Assembly: GCA_013239625.1 (NCBI GenBank)
Contig: MU053504.1
Location: 1,056,001 to 1,120,000, forward strand
Source of the DNA: Lama guanicoe
Lineage: Eukaryota
Length of the DNA: 64,000 nucleotides
Reading direction: 5' to 3'
Position 1 is the stretch's first letter. Every line of letters begins with the position of its first letter. The notes beneath the pieces are model-generated. The model did no database searches. It was given only the letters and a program-made list of their open reading frames with translations, and was not told the DNA's origin. A program made the translations under genes and the position numbers. This document shows, piece by piece, positions 25,635 to 40,015 of this stretch.

Positions 25635-26086
25635 TGCTGGTGGTGGATGGTGAGAATGGCCACACAGGGCCCCTCTCTCTGTCCGTGCTCTTTGGTGTTT
25701 CCCCTTCTCCCTGACTCCAGGCATGGCCATGTGACTTGCTTTGGCCAATGGGACAATTGCAAATGGGACACAAGCAGAGGCTTGCAAAGCATGTGTTGCT
25801 CTTTGAGACTCTGAGACCATCCCATGAAGAGCCTGAGCTAGCCCTATGGAGGATGCGGACCAGGAGAGACAGAACCAAGCTGTCCCATCTGAGGCTCCAG
25901 ACCAACCAACCTGTCAAAAGCCAGACAGGTGATCAAGGCCATTCTAGACCATCTAACCCTGAAGAGCTTGTCCGAACCAGAAGAACTCCCCCAGGAAACC
26001 CACAAAACTGTGAGAAATAATTGCTTGTTTTAATCCACTAAATCTGGGGGGACTGTTTTGTTCCACAGCTGCAGCTAGCTAATACA
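25635..26086 (+). mobile_element. MLT1 (G/H-like) solo LTR
   Basis: ggccatgtgacttgctttggccaatggga...tgtgagaaataattgcttgttttaatccactaaat...gctaataCA terminus. Confidence 0.8.
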
Positions 26087-26394
26087 TCACCTCTCGGTCT
26101 TGTATCTGTTAGGTTCTTTGGGACTTGGGTAAGAGGAGAATTTAGTGGGAGATTATTGGGGACCACAGAACAGAGATGAAGCCTGGAGAGCCAGGCTTGG
26201 AATCGGGCAGGAACTGAAATAGTGGCTACCAGACTGTCACTCCCTCCCTGTTGAAAGGCCATGCCACCAAAGCTCCCATCCTTGCATCATCCGCTCAGGA
26301 GTCAAAAGCCCATTAGGCTGCATGCATTCACATGTCCAGCCACAGCTGTACCTGTGCAGTAAGAAGCAGGGCCTGAGGGAAAGACACCCACAGG

Positions 26395-26630
26395 GCAGTG
26401 ATAAAGCATGAAGCCTCTGGAGCCAGCCTGTCTCAGTTCAAATCCTAGTCTCCTGTGTCCTAGCAAGTGACTCTTCAAGCTTGCTTTGGCCTTGTGCTGA
26501 TGCTCGGGGCACTGACTCCATGTTCTGGGTTTACTGGGAAGATGAAATGAAGTGATATATGTATGTAAACCTGTGCCTGACAGTCAGAAAGCATGCAGTA
26601 AATGTTATTATTGTTATTACTATTATTAAC
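26395..26630 (+). mobile_element. MIR SINE
   Basis: ctctggagccagcctg...gttcaaatcctag...gatgaaatgaagtgatatatgta...taaatgttattattgttatt. Confidence 0.7.
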
Positions 26631-28277
26631 TTCCGCAGTGGGAGGGGAGAACGATGGAAATTATCTTAAGTGATTGTCAAATCAATAGGACTTCACGGAA
26701 TGTGGGAAAGGTCACTTCTCAAAAGGAAATCTGGGTTCTGTTAGGAAGGAGAGGATGGATGCTGGGTGATCAAAAATGATAAATGTCCCTGCTTGTGGTG
26801 TCATGAGGACTTGACTTCAGCATTCCTGTTCTGGAACTGAGCATTGCACAGGGAGACGGCTTCGTCCCTGACCCCTGTCCCCTCTCGGTTGTGGGAAGAT
26901 GGCCACTGAATAAGTGGGATGAAAGGAAATGCGCACGGTGCTGGTGCAAAGGGAGAACTTAGCGTCTTATTAGAGATTGCTCGGTGTACACAAAGCCCCT
27001 CTTTTCTCCATCCGGTCCCCTCCACGGACTTGCTCTTTGTCTTGGCCAGCTCCTTCCCTTCCCCAAGTGTGATGACCGCTTGGGATTCCTCATTCCAGCT
27101 TCCCCCCTCCCCCGGTTTCCCCACCCAGAATGGGTCTACCTCTTGAGGGGCAAGGCAACCTAAGGAGTCCCCCAAAGCACAGCCTGCCCCCTCCTCCCTC
27201 CCAGGCTTGGTGGAGGAGAGAGATCTAGGAGGACATTGGCAGCCCCACAGCCCAGAAATAGCAGGCCAGCTGTGGGAGGCTGACCCCAGGGCACAGGGCC
27301 CGAGCTGAGGCTGGTTGCCTGGCAACAGGCACCATCGCACACCGTGGGTGGCCACGGGTTCCGGCGGTGGCCCACATCACCAGCCCAGCCCAGACCTGCC
27401 TGGGCGCTGGAGAGGGCAGGTGGAGTGTCCTTGGAGTCTTGGAAACAAAGCTTCCATCTGCAGGGCCTTTGCACGTGGCCCTCCTAGAAGCACACAGGTG
27501 TGCCTGTGGGGTCATTAGGACCCATAATCCTGATGAGAACTCAGCAGACAGGGATCGCTGTCCTCTCTGTCCAGGTGAGGGAACTGAAGCTCAGCCTGGT
27601 CGAGTGTCCTGTCCCGGATCAGGTAGTGGGTCAACAGAAGCCCCTCAACTGTGGCCTGAGGACAGGGAGGACGGGGGTGGGGAGGTCGGAGGTAGGTTTC
27701 CAAATGGATTTGGTGAGAGAGGAGGAAGATGAGGAGGTGGAGAGACATGGCACTTGTGGGCCTGACACCTCCCAAGCCCCAGTGATGTAAGGTCCAGGTG
27801 TGACTGCAGCTGAAGTGATGGTCCCCTGGGGTGAAGTGGTCAAGGCACTGAGCTTCTTGGGGTGGGACGAGCCCGTGTGGCACCTGGGCCGGGGCTCTAG
27901 GAGGCAGTCCCTTCCGTGGAGACACTCAGGATCATGGACCTAGAGCCTCTGGACACTAACCCATTTCTTCACACATCACCTCACCCCTTCCGTGCCCAGC
28001 TTGGGTCTCTAGGGACTGCATCGGAGTGTGGGACAGAGACCCAGCAAGATGCATGGCACAGGCCTCGGGCCAGACTTCCACCTCTCTGCTTGCTGTCTGT
28101 GTGGCCCCTCACAGATGAGGCCACCCTCTGGGTGTCACAAGGCTTTCTCCTAGGAATATTTCATCATGGGTGTCCTTATCCTCATTCCAGTTGAAAACAC
28201 TGAGACTCAGAAAGGTTAAGCTACTTAACCAAGCCCACACAGCTAGTAAGGGCAGGGCTGAGCTTCAAGGTTATTGA

Positions 28278-28555
28278 TTGCAGTTAGCTATTGCTGTGTA
28301 ACAAACTACTCCACCATGTAACAACTTAAAACAGCAACCTTTCTTGTGTGTTTGAATGTGCAATTTGGCAGGGCCTGGAGGGGACCACTCATTTCTGCTT
28401 TTGGCTTAGCCAGCTAGATACAGGGCTGGGGCTGGAGTCTCCTAAAGACGTCTTCACTCTGGGTTTGGGTGGTCGCTGCTGGCCAGTGGCTGAGTCTCCA
28501 GTGAGCTGCTCTCCGTGGTTCCTGGGTCTCAAGAGCGAGAGTCCTGGGAAAGCCT
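28278..28555 (-). mobile_element. MLT1F-like LTR fragment
   Basis: agttagctattgctgtgtaacaaactactcc...cttaaaacagcaacc, an antisense MLT1 terminus. Confidence 0.7.
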
Positions 28556-28959
28556 GTCTGTTTCCAAAGCTCCTTTCTTCCCCATCCCCCTAGGAAGGAC
28601 TGAAGGGGTGGATGATAAAGCTTAGTGAGGAGGCAGCTGCCTGGAGCTGACAGGTCCCCTCATGGGATCCAAGCGGAACACTGTGTCCCTGAAGCCTGGG
28701 GAAGCCTGGAGGGCAGGGCTGGAGCAGCTGCTCCTAAGGCAGAGGAGGCAGGAGGGGCTGGCCTTCAGAGGTCTGAGCTGGTCAGACAGGCCAGGGAGCC
28801 AGACAGAGGGGCCCCAGGCAGAAATAGGTCTTTAAAATGCAAAGTGGCCCCTGACACAGCTGCTCCCACTTAGAAGCCGAACCCTGTCCAGGCCGAAAGC
28901 CCAGGGGTGCCCCTGCTTCCTCCCCTTGCAGGAGCCTGTGTCTGTCCCCCAGCTCCACG

Positions 28960-29525
28960 GTCACACCGGGGCCCGGCTACCATCCACTCTTGCCTGGACC
29001 CTTGCAGGAAGCCCCTCACTGTCTACCCTGCCCAGTTTCAAATCACTTTCCACTCAGCAGCCAGAGAGCTTTGAAAACTGTAAACAGACATCACATCACT
29101 CCCTGTTTAAAAAGTCTGAGGACTTGCTATCTTTAGATAAAATTTAAACTCTTCAATTTCAGACTCCTACAGGCATTGCCGTCAGCCCTTTGCCCTCTTC
29201 GCTCCCTCTGCTGGGAGTGATCTCCCACATCTTTGCTTGGCTGATTCCTTCTTGTCCTCCTGGTCTCAGCTCCCATGTCACTTCCTTGGAGAGGTGCTCT
29301 CTGCTCACTGGGTCTCAATGAGTCCCAACCTCACCTGAGGTCAGCTTGTGATGTCACAGATGGCTTGCTTCCTTCTCTGTCTCCCTAGGACTCAGCCATG
29401 GCTTCCTGGGAGCAGGGACCACATTCGTGGTGTTCACTGCTGTGTCCTAAGCATCTAAGCAGGGCTTGGTGCAGAGAGGATGCTTAAAAAACACTTGAAA
29501 TGAGCGAGAGAGTTGAATGAATAAA
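28960..29525 (+). mobile_element. L2 remnant
   Basis: cactcagcagccagagag...tctcagctcccatgtcacttcc...gtgttcactgctgtgtcctaagcatcta...tgaatgaataaatg tail. Confidence 0.75.
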
Positions 29526-32500
29526 TGCACTCACAACACACACATCCTCACTCAGGGCACTCAATCACACACTCAGACCTTCTCCCACGTTTGCAAACAC
29601 ACACATTCATCCACACCTGGCTCGCACGTTCAGATACTCCTACTGGGGAAAATCTCTATGATGCTTCAGTGCCTATAACCAGGGATGCTGCTGCCCCCTC
29701 CTGGTAAAATCTGGGAAGTGCAATTAGGTTCCTGCCTCCGAGGCTAACCCTGACTCTCCTTCCTCGCAGATATGGCAGCCCCTTCTCAGGCAGGGTTTCT
29801 GTGTCATTTCTGGGTTTTCCCTTCCAACCATGGTGTTTGGCCCAGGACCAAGCATCAATAGTGTGTTCTATCCAGGTGTGCAGAAGGAAGGAGGGAGGGA
29901 GGAGAAATGAGAAACTGTGACCCAGGCAAGGCAGACAGCTCACCTCTGCATCTCTCCAAGCCAAGTTTCAGGGTCATGGTCAAACGCCCACCTTGGTGGA
30001 TGTGTAATCAGCGTTTGCACTTCATAAGCTTGGAACCAGATATGAAAGGCTTTGAATGGCAGGATGAAGCCCTGGGTTTGATTCTGTGTTCACGGGGAGC
30101 CATCACAAGTCTCCGAGCAAGGAAGGGACAGGATCAGAACTGTGCTGTGGGAAAATAAACCAGGCCAGTGCGTCCATTTACTCATTCATCCACTCATCTA
30201 ACAGTCTGTGGGGATCCAGCGGTGACCAGACAGAGGTGACATTGGCCTTCACGGAGCATGGTCTGGGTGACATGTGTAAGAGAGGGGGTTTGGACACAGA
30301 GGGCATCACCCCAGTCCTAGGCATGACGAGTCCTGGGGTGAGAAGAGACTCACACAAGAGCCCCAGCTCCTGCCCAGGTAGCCCTGTGGGTGGAGCGGAG
30401 GGGAGGGTCTGCCCAGCCACTGATTAGTGCAGACCCAGGGGCAGGGCCAAGCCCGGGGCTCCTTGGCCCCTTTCCAGCCAGCCTGACTCAAAAGCTACAT
30501 CTGTTGGGATTTTTGTTCCCAGTCCAATCAAATAGATGCAAATATCATGCAAATATATGCAAGAGGTCCTAATTCAAGGTACATTAAATAAATGTATTAT
30601 GGTCTGCCTGCTGCAATTACAGCCAAACTCAGCTTTCAGGATGTGACCGACATGAAATGCTGAACTGATTTTAGTATCGGGCAGCCTAATCACATGAGAG
30701 ACAAGATGAGGCAGAGGCCCAGAGACCCCAGAGACGCCATGTGGGCAGATGTACACTCAGGCAGGTGTTTGTAGAAGATTCCCACTGCAACATGGACAAG
30801 GAGTTAGAAGTCCTGGGTACTCATCCCTTCCTGGGCCAGTTGATAGCTCTCTGACTTCCAACTAGCCACTTCTCCGATGTGTTTTCTCATCTGTATAATG
30901 GATACAATGACAAGGAAGCATGAAGGAGACTATGGCAGGGGTTTTCGGTTAGGGTCCCCAGAAGTTGACCCTGAGACAAGGATTCCAGTGAAAGTAAAGA
31001 TTCCATATAACATAATATGCTATGGTATAATGTTAGTATAATTACTGTGAAGCATACCCAGGAAAGCTGGTAAAGGATGGGAAGTCAAGACAGAAAATGA
31101 ACAGAGGCCAAGCAAGGATGTGTCATCTCAAAGTCCCACTGTAGACTGGTCCTACAGCAGTGCTCTAGAAATCCTGTAGGTGTTACCTCAGAGTTGTTGC
31201 ATCTGGGGGGAAGGGAGCTGGCATATTGATCCTCCTGTACTCATCAGTGATTGGAGGAAGTAAATGCCTCTCAGAAGGACATATATTCCTAGTCACTTCC
31301 CTCTCCATCAATGCAGGCTAAGTGATCTTCTGCTATAGGAGGGGAAGTGCTCTGTAAACTGTGATGTGCTGTACCAGGTCCTCATCCCAGCTCTCACCTG
31401 AGCTCACTGATCATCCTCAGGCAAGTCACCTCACTACTCTGAGTCTATTTCTTCTGGACAGATGAAAGCAACAATAAACATGGATTGTCATGAGGGTAGG
31501 AGAGATTGAGAAATTATAACTACTTTAGAGATGAGACTATTGGGGAAGCAGCCCCCTCACAGACTGCTGGTGGGAGTGTGAATTGGTGTAACTGCTGTGG
31601 AGGGCTATGTCGCATTATCCATCAAAATTACACATACATGGATCCTTCAACTCCACAACTTTATTTCCAGGATGTTGTCCAACATATATTCTCACCCACA
31701 CATGAAACAACATATCTCCAGGTTTGTCCATTGCAGCACTATTTGTAGTAGTCAAGAATTTAAAACAACTTAATTGTTAAATAAATTATGCACACATGTA
31801 ACGGAATATCCTGCAAACAAACCAATAAAAAAGAGAACAAAGAAGTGCTCTCTATACTGTTATTGGATGATCCCCAAGCCCTATAGTTAAGTTATGAAAA
31901 ATAAGATTAATAAAAATCAGGATAAAGAACAGCATCTGTATTTAATTAACAGACTCTTGTATCACCAGCTCTTGTCTTATGTGCTTTTAAAATATGAATT
32001 CATTTAGTCTTCCTAAGAATCCTATGAGATGGGTGTTATTGCACTCATTTTGCAGATGAGGAAACTGAGAAACAGGTTAAGTAATTTGATCAAGGTCATG
32101 AAATGAGTAGAAGGATTTGAGGGGTGGAGGGACTGGAGAGTTTGTGCTTTTTATCACTTTATTTCCTCTCTGTAGCCGGAGATTATTCCTAACAAATCAT
32201 GGCAACTATTTTCCTGACCAGTGATTGGTTTGAGAAGGGCACGTGCCGCAATTCTGGCCAATGAGATATGAGAGGATGTCTGGGGGTACTTCTAGGAAAG
32301 GTTTCTTATTGATTAAAAGAGATGTCCGGAGAACCCGGAGAACGCAGTCTCCTCTCTTCCTGATGTTTTCATTGTGAAGCTGTCAGCGGATGCGGCCACC
32401 TAATGACTGGGATGCGCCAAGCCTGAAGATAGGCCCATACACTGAGGGTGGAGGACAGGTCCTTATACAGCCGTCAAGCCACTGAAGTAACCAGCCCTGG

Positions 32501-32542
32501 GCTCCTGCCTTGTGCGATTACAAACACCTTTACTGCTTCAGG

Positions 32543-32716
32543 CAGTGGTTTTCAAACTCACACACAAACATTAACATCACCAGTTAAAACACAGATGGCT
32601 GGATCCCACCCCTAGCATTTCTGACTCAGTAGATAAAGCCAAGAATTTGTGTTTCTAACAAGTTCCCAGCAATGCTGATGCTGCCTGGTCTGAGGACCAC
32701 ACTTTGGGAACCAGCA
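32543..32716. mobile_element. MER5A (hAT-Charlie MITE)
   Basis: cagtggttttcaaac...ttctgactcagtag...ccaagaatttgtgtttctaacaagttcccag...gaccacactttgggaacc, with imperfect TIRs. Confidence 0.85.
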
Positions 32717-33788
32717 TTTAAAGTGTTTTGAGTTCATCTTTTTGTTCCATGAAGCTGAAAGCACCTTGAGGCTTCCCGTGACCTGGAGCCACGTGCCTCC
32801 CAAATCCTCCAGGTGGGGGCAGGGGTCACGGGCGTTTCATCAGGATGCAGAATGGAAGTCAGGAGCTGGGGTGCTCCCCCCTCCCTGGCCTGAGTGATTC
32901 ATTTCTCCCCTGCAGGGTCTGTCTCCCCACCTATGAAATGGAAATGAGTTTGGATGAGATTATGGCTAACCTTCCTTCTGGCTTTGACACTCTGTGCTCC
33001 AGGGTTCACTGGAACAGAGCAATCTGATCTTGGGGACTCAGGTGGTATCCAGCCAGGCCCCTTTGTGATGCCATCAGCTCCTCTCTCTTCCTCTCTCCCC
33101 AGGGAGTCTGCCGGCTTCTACAGCATCAGGTGCTGGGAAGCAGAGGCGGACACCACAGTCATTTTTAACATATTAAAGTTCTAAGCAGAAGCTCATTTGG
33201 AGTCTGTTTGAGCTGGGAGGGGAGGCTGGAGCCAAGTCTCTCTTCACAGGGGTTCCGTCTCCCCCCAACTCGAGCTGGGATGTGTCACAAGCCAGTATCC
33301 GAGGGGCACGATGCCCAGGCCCCGCGGGAGCCACTCCCTGGGGGGCCTCACTTTGAAGGTGTCGGGTAAACACAGACTTTGGCACAATTTCTTCCTCCAT
33401 ATCCAATCAATCACTGAGAACTGGCTTCTGCTGCCTCAGTGTCATTCAAATCTGCCAAATTCTCCCTGTCTCTCTGGCCTGGATTCCTGGAAGCAGCTCT
33501 AACTGGGCTCTCTGCCTCCAATCTTGCCTCTGGGCCCTCCAGCTCCACAGTGAACCCCTCTGGAAAAAGTCGAAACTCCTGAGCAGGGAACACCCACCAC
33601 GGCCCTTCACACCTGGCCCCCGCCCCTTCCCTGGTGTCCCTGCGCCCTCGACACTCCAGCTGGAGCAAAGCACTACAATTTCTGGAATGTTCGGGCTCAC
33701 TCTCTCACTTCTGAGCCTGGAATGACGTGCTTCACAGGCCCCCTCCCTCCACGCAGCCTCTCGGGTCTCAGGATGGGTCCCACACCAG

Positions 33789-33965
33789 CAAGTTCTGGAT
33801 ATACAATTTGCTGAGCCCAGTGCCAAATGAAAACACAGGGTCCTCTTCAAAATGTATTAAGAACTTCAGGATGCAATAGCAAAGCATTAAATCAAATTTG
33901 CAGCCCTACTAAGCTAGGGCCCCATGTGACTGCACACATTGCAGGGGCGAGAGGCCCACCCTGCT
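33789..33965 (-). mobile_element. MER45A-like DNA element inserted in an L2
   Basis: aatttgctgagcccagtgccaaatgaaaac...tattaagaacttcagg...gcattaaatcaa...ggccccatgtgactgcac matches antisense MER45A. L2-like sequence lies on both sides (~33400-34210). Confidence 0.75.
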
Positions 33966-35252
33966 CCAGGCTGTCACCCCAGTGTCTCCACCCAGGGTCC
34001 CCCCTGTGTCCCACAGCCCACGGTGTATCCTTGTCTCAGTAATGATCACCTGCCTTGATTGTCTGTCTTTCTCCTCCCACTAGACTGTGAGCACCAGGGG
34101 CAGGACTGACATCTATCTTGTTCCCAGAATGTCCTAGATGCCAGGCACAGAGCTTGGCACAGTAGGCTCTCCTTAAAGATCTGTCAAATTTTCATTCGAT
34201 GCATAAACAATCTGTTCAACAAACATTTTGCAGAGCGTCCCTCTCATGTGCCAGGCATAATTCTAGGCGCAGGGGCTGAATCCCTGAATCAAACAGAGAC
34301 CTTTGCTCTTATAGATTTTACGTTCTAGCAAGGAGACATGCACTGTCTTAGGGGTTGGTTCTAACAAGAGCGGACCCCGAGGTTAGGATCTGAGCACTAA
34401 CGGGGTTTTTGAAGGGACGGGGGGCACTGCTAGGGGACTGGGGATGTGGCACAAGGAGTGAAAATGCAGGTGACTGTGGCACAGGGGCTCACCTCCAAGG
34501 GGACTCTGGGAAGTGGTCTCCCATCTGGGGAACAAGAAGGATGGGGAACTGATCCACCAACTTCCATTCTTCAGCAACACCTCGTCACCCTGGCCTGGCC
34601 CGTGCGCCAGCTGAGCTGCTCCTGCCGGATGGGTCTTCAGGCAGAGTCCTGGGAGTCGCAGCCATTGGCAGTGAGAGCAGTGAGGGAACTGCGTGTGCTG
34701 CATGTGCAATAAATAATAATCACAACAAATAAGGAAAATGTGTCACCGGTGAGATGGGGTGAGTGGAGCAGAGTAAGGGGCTGGGGTGTGCGTGGGGGGA
34801 GGGGCTGCAGAACCCACCTGACTGGAACTCACCTCCCCCGCTGTCAGCCCACCTTGGCTTCAGCAGCAGCGGGCACCCTCTCCCCTCTCCACCACCCCCG
34901 GCCACACCATAGTGTTTTTCTTCTCGCCCTTAATGTGGACCATATATTACAATGTCATAGGCACCAATGGCATGAGAGATGGGGACCTAAATTGCTAGAG
35001 ACTTTTAATTTGGCTTCTGACATCCCCTCACTGGCCTGCTGGCCTGGAGAGCCCATCTCTGCTCCGGCTGGACCTGACAGCCAGGATCAGGGGTTCACTG
35101 GCTCTCGTCTTCCAGGAGGAGCTGCTAATAAAGAGAGGGAAGGAGGCGCTGGTCCTTCTCCTGTTGGTGGTGTGATGTCCTGCATCACCTGCTGCTGAGG
35201 GAGAGAGACCCAGGCCTGGACATCAGCAGGGCAGCCGCTAGCTTCCACAGAG

Positions 35253-35270
35253 CACGCCCCCTACTGGCCG
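35253..35270 (-). promoter_or_regulatory. CTCF motif (strong match)
   Basis: Minus strand CGGCCAGTAGGGGGCGTG fits CCASYAGRKGGCR, in a non-repeat block. Confidence 0.7.
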
Positions 35271-36727
35271 CCCCTGTGAAATTACATCTGTTTGATTTTG
35301 CGTTGATTTGCTGCCCTCAGCAGAAAAAGCGCTGAAGTCCAGCGCCCAGCTAATTTGGCTTCTGGGGCGGACTGGACCACCAATTCCCTTATGAACCAAT
35401 GCCTTGCCCCCTCCTACTGTCTCCCACAATAATTCACAAAAGGACAATTATGAGCCCTGGGGTGCAGAGCACATTATTTAGATGCCTGATTGTTTTTGAA
35501 GTTCTTTCACATCCATGATCTCATTTGCCCCCAAACAATCATATGGATTCAGCAGGAGACGTATGACTCTTCCTCTTCCAGAGAGAAGGCAGTGGACATT
35601 GAGGCAGGCTAAGGCAAGGTGCTGAGCTGGTCTAGAACCTACATTCCCGAGCCTGGATTCAGCGTCTCCTCCATCACCCCAAGCTATGTCTGCCTTCCGT
35701 GAACCCTCTGGGGAGGATCAGTTCTCAGGGGAGCATTTTTAAAACTTTTTTTTAAAAATTGAAATACAACATAGATTAAAAAAGCAAACGAACACAAATT
35801 ATAAGTGCCCAACTCAGTGAATTTCACAAAATTTCACTGCAGATTCAATATCCAGGTCAAGAAACGGAACATTTCCCCAGAAGCTCCAAACTTTGGTGTC
35901 ACCACTCAGTCACAATTCCTGGGAAGCACTTTTACCTTCAGTTTGGTCTTTAGTGGCATCTTTACCCTGAAGGGCAAGAATTTCCATTCTTGGGGGAAAA
36001 ACCCCAATGGTTTCCAGGTGGACATAGTTTAATGATATCAGAGCACTGGGCTGGGGTCTGGAGATCTGGGTTCTAGTCTTGCCTTGGTTCCAAACTTACT
36101 GTATGATTTTGGCCATATCACTCCTCTTTCCTGGACCTCAGTGTCCCCGTCTGAAAAACTTGGTGATTTTCTCAGGCCTCCCTGCTTGGAACTGGAGCTG
36201 AAAGCCCTCTCTGCAAGCCTGAGGTTGTCAGCATCCTTGATTTCAGGTTCCCTATGGGACACCAGCTCTTTGCAGTAGCTGGCCTAGTGACCCCTGATAA
36301 CTGACCTGCATGACTCTCTGGGACCCAGGTTTAGCGTCTGTGTGTCCCCTCTGGTGGCTGCTAATACAGGCCCGTAGTGGGAGCAGGTTATGTTTAGGAT
36401 GTAAAATGATAATACTTTATACTTGCCAACACCTGCTAACTTTTACTGCTGCCTACTGTATTCTAGAAGCTCTGCCAAATGCTTTACATGCATCCGTACC
36501 TCATTTCAACTCCCAACAGTCCAATGAGTAGGTGTTCCTCTTCTCTCTATTATATAAGCTAGGGGTCCCTTTGGTTGCAAGTAAAAGTCCACCTTTTTAA
36601 AAAAAGAAATCTAACTATATCATGTAGTCAAGTCTGAGGAGGTCAATTCTGCTTTGTTGAGCTGCTCAGGGGTGTTGTCTGTGACTTGACTTTTCCTGTA
36701 TGTCTATCCAACCATCCTTGTCCGTTC

Positions 36728-37141
36728 TGGTTAATTGTGAATGGCCCTGTAAGGAGATGGAATCCCTTTTTCCACCTCCTGAATCTGGGCTGGCCTTGCT
36801 ACTGTCTTTGATCAATAGAATGCAGTGGAAGTGAGGGTTTGAGAAGCTCTAAGCTTAGACCCCTGGAGACCTTGAGCTCTCATTCTCACCCTCTGGAAAT
36901 GCTGCTGCCACGTGAACAAGCCTGGACTGACCTCCACCTCCCGGAGAGAGACTCAGCCATCCCAGGGGAGGCTCTTGTCATAAAAATGATCCCAGGCAAT
37001 GCCATGTGGGGCAGAGATGAGCCATCCCTGCTGAGCCCAGCCCAAATTTCTGACCCATAGAATGCTGAGCAAATAAGTAATTGTCGTTTCAAGCCACTAC
37101 ATTCAGGGACATTTTGTTAGCTGGCAAAATTAACTGATACA
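36728..37141 (+). mobile_element. MLT1 (F/H-like) solo LTR nested in an older MLT1
   Basis: tgaatctgggctggccttg...ttgatcaatagaatgcagtggaagtga...gagcccagcccaaatttctgaccc...ttaactgataCA. Confidence 0.8.
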
Positions 37142-40015
37142 CCTGTGCTGGATTTTTGTCTTTAGGTTTGTCATCACTCTCATGGTTATAATAAAATAGC
37201 TGCTGTAGCTTCCTAAAACCACAGTCAAGGCAAGAAGAAGAGGATGGATCAAAAAGGGATCATTTTCTCAAAATGTCATTTTCTTTTTTCTGGGACAAAA
37301 ATCTTACTAAGCACCCTCATACTTCTCAGGCACCTCATTAGAACTTGGTCTTAATCTCACTCATCACCAATCATTTGCAAAGGGACACAGCACTATGATA
37401 AAAGATACCACTCATCTGGTGGCAGGTCCTGCCCTCAGGGAGCTCACAGTCTCAGGGAACTTACAATACAGGGCAGCTAGCAAATGCACATGAAAAGCCC
37501 AGATGGGTAAACCCACAGGACCTCAGAGGAGAGGGGCTTCATGAGTAATCCAGGAAAGCTTCCTGGAGGAGGCAGCTCCAGGGTCTGGACCTGAAAGATT
37601 ATGTGTTAGTCAGTTTCAGAGAACAGAATTACTCTTGCTCATCTGTTCAGAAAGAATTCTACAATCAGAGCAGTAAGTGGCTTACAGAACTGTTGGAAGG
37701 ATTGAAGAAACCGCCTGTAGGCTCACCTTCCAGAAGTGACTCCCAAAGCCACACTGCAAAACTGGGCCACCAGTTGAATTACTGTCTCTACCACAATGAG
37801 GAGCTCTTTGGGGGTACAGTATTCTTTGTGGGAAGTTTTGTGGTAACAAATTCAGTATCTTTAACAGCTATAGAGCTATTCACATCTTCTGTTTCATCTT
37901 GAGTCAATTTTGCTATTTTTGTTCATTCTGTCTAAATTGTCACATCTGTTAGCTAGTCTAGATTATAATCAAACCAATCCAGTGTGTCTACCACACATAA
38001 ATAAACTCTGTTCTCAGAACCGGGAGATGCTGGGATGGTTTTCATGGGTTTGGACCAGAGCTCAGTCAGCTGCCTAAGCATTGAGGAGGTATGGAGGGGT
38101 AAGGGGACAGGCCAGAAGGCTCTCTATGGTCAGGCCATCTCCTTAGGTGGGGATGAAAGTTCTATGTCTGTCCACCTATGACTGCAGAAGTTAACATGTC
38201 TGATGTATTGGGGGTGGGGAGGTTGCTTAGTGTGTCTTGAGTACAGAGCACACCTTTGGGAATGTCGTGCTTAACAGTTTCCCTGGTAACTGTTCAATCA
38301 CTCAAACCCTAGGGTAGGACCCAGGCTGTCATGTTTAAGCAATGTGACCCCAGCCGCTCCTCCCCTCACCAATAGCTGATTGGACCAAGGGTAGACTCCT
38401 GATCTTGGCTAAACCAATTTCTTTCCTGGAAGCACAGACTTGGGATCAAGTTTAATTTGGGCTGATCTCTGGAATGGAGGAGCTCTAAAACCATAATGGT
38501 TCTTGGCAGCCAGGGGAGAGAAGGACAAGTATAGCAGAATGACATGGGGAGAAAGCTTCTTGGAGGCATAGGTCCCAAATCTGCACTATCCCTTTGTCCT
38601 TGGAGCTCCAGGAGAAAGGTCTACATCCTGTAATTCTTTTCCCTTCAGCGACTTTTGAGCTGGGGGTGGAGTGGCTGTTATTTACAATCAAGAATCCTGA
38701 CCACTGTAATTGGATTCTCTAAGACTGAGGGTTGGAACTCAAAGGCATATGGGCCCCCCAATCCACCCTCATCATCTTCCTTAATTTCAGCTCATTAGAA
38801 CAAAGTGGTATGAAGATCATTGCAGAGAAAAGAGAACTATTTTTTGATATACATATGTATTTATTTATTTATGTATTTAATATACATATGTCTGTGTGTA
38901 TATGTGTATATATACAAATTAGTGTGCTTATTCATGCATGCTCATTGCACATAAGCAAAAAGAAGATGAAGACCCTCTGTCATCTCATCCTGAGTAGGTA
39001 AATACATAAAGAGTGCCGTGACAAAGGGAGGCATGGCAAGCCTTTAGGATTAGCTGAGCTTTGCCCCGGATATCAGCAAAGAGAACCTAGTGAGTGAAGT
39101 GGACCAGGGTGATCCACTCCTTTCTCAAGGTGGTCCGAACAAAATCGCTCAGACTAGTGTATTCTGGTCTAGTCTCACCCCATCCCCACCAAATGCTCAA
39201 ATTCCAGAATTAACTGAGACCAGCAACTCCCTACAATTAAAGTCGGACATATAACAAAGTAAAAGTATATTCATATTTGGCATCAGAATTTCTCTGGAAT
39301 GGGAATCGCTCCTCATTTGGGAAATACCTGGGGAAATCACTAAGGGTAGAAGGTGAGGGCTCAGGTGTTGGCAAGGTCAGAGCACCAAAGAGGAAAAATC
39401 AAACTACACTGCCTGAGATGCCTTTCTCCCGGGAGGAAGCAGGAAAGGAGAAAGAAGAAGGCAAAGGAAGGAAGGCAGAGATGGTTGGGCCTGAACTGTG
39501 GCGGGCAAAGGACATGGAAGAATCCCCCGTTGCTGGGAGACCAGATGGATTCCGAGAACAGGGCCGGGTACCACAGTGTGATGTTGCTTACAGAATGACA
39601 TATAGCGTAACGCCTCCCTGTGACTCCCACAGCTTATTAAAGTCTGCCGTTTTCACAGATGCTTTGTGTGGATCGGTTTTTTTTTTTTTTTCGCAGGGGA
39701 TGGTGGTGGCGGTGGAGAAGATAGAGAAGTATGGGGACACTTGAAGGATGAAACAGAGTGAAACAGAAATAACACTTGGGGAAACAGGAGTCCAAAGCTA
39801 GAACTGACATTGAGGGCATCAGCCATACTCCTACCCTACTCTGGAAATTCACAGATACCATAAGGAAATCTTTAAAGGGGCTTGGAGCCAAAAGTTCTAT
39901 CCAATTTTATTAGGATCTAAAGAGGCAGGGAGACCCAGCCAACACAGGATTTGGATTAAAACTTTAAAAATGGCAACTACAAGCACCATCTCCCAAACAC
40001 AACAGCAGTAGCATC

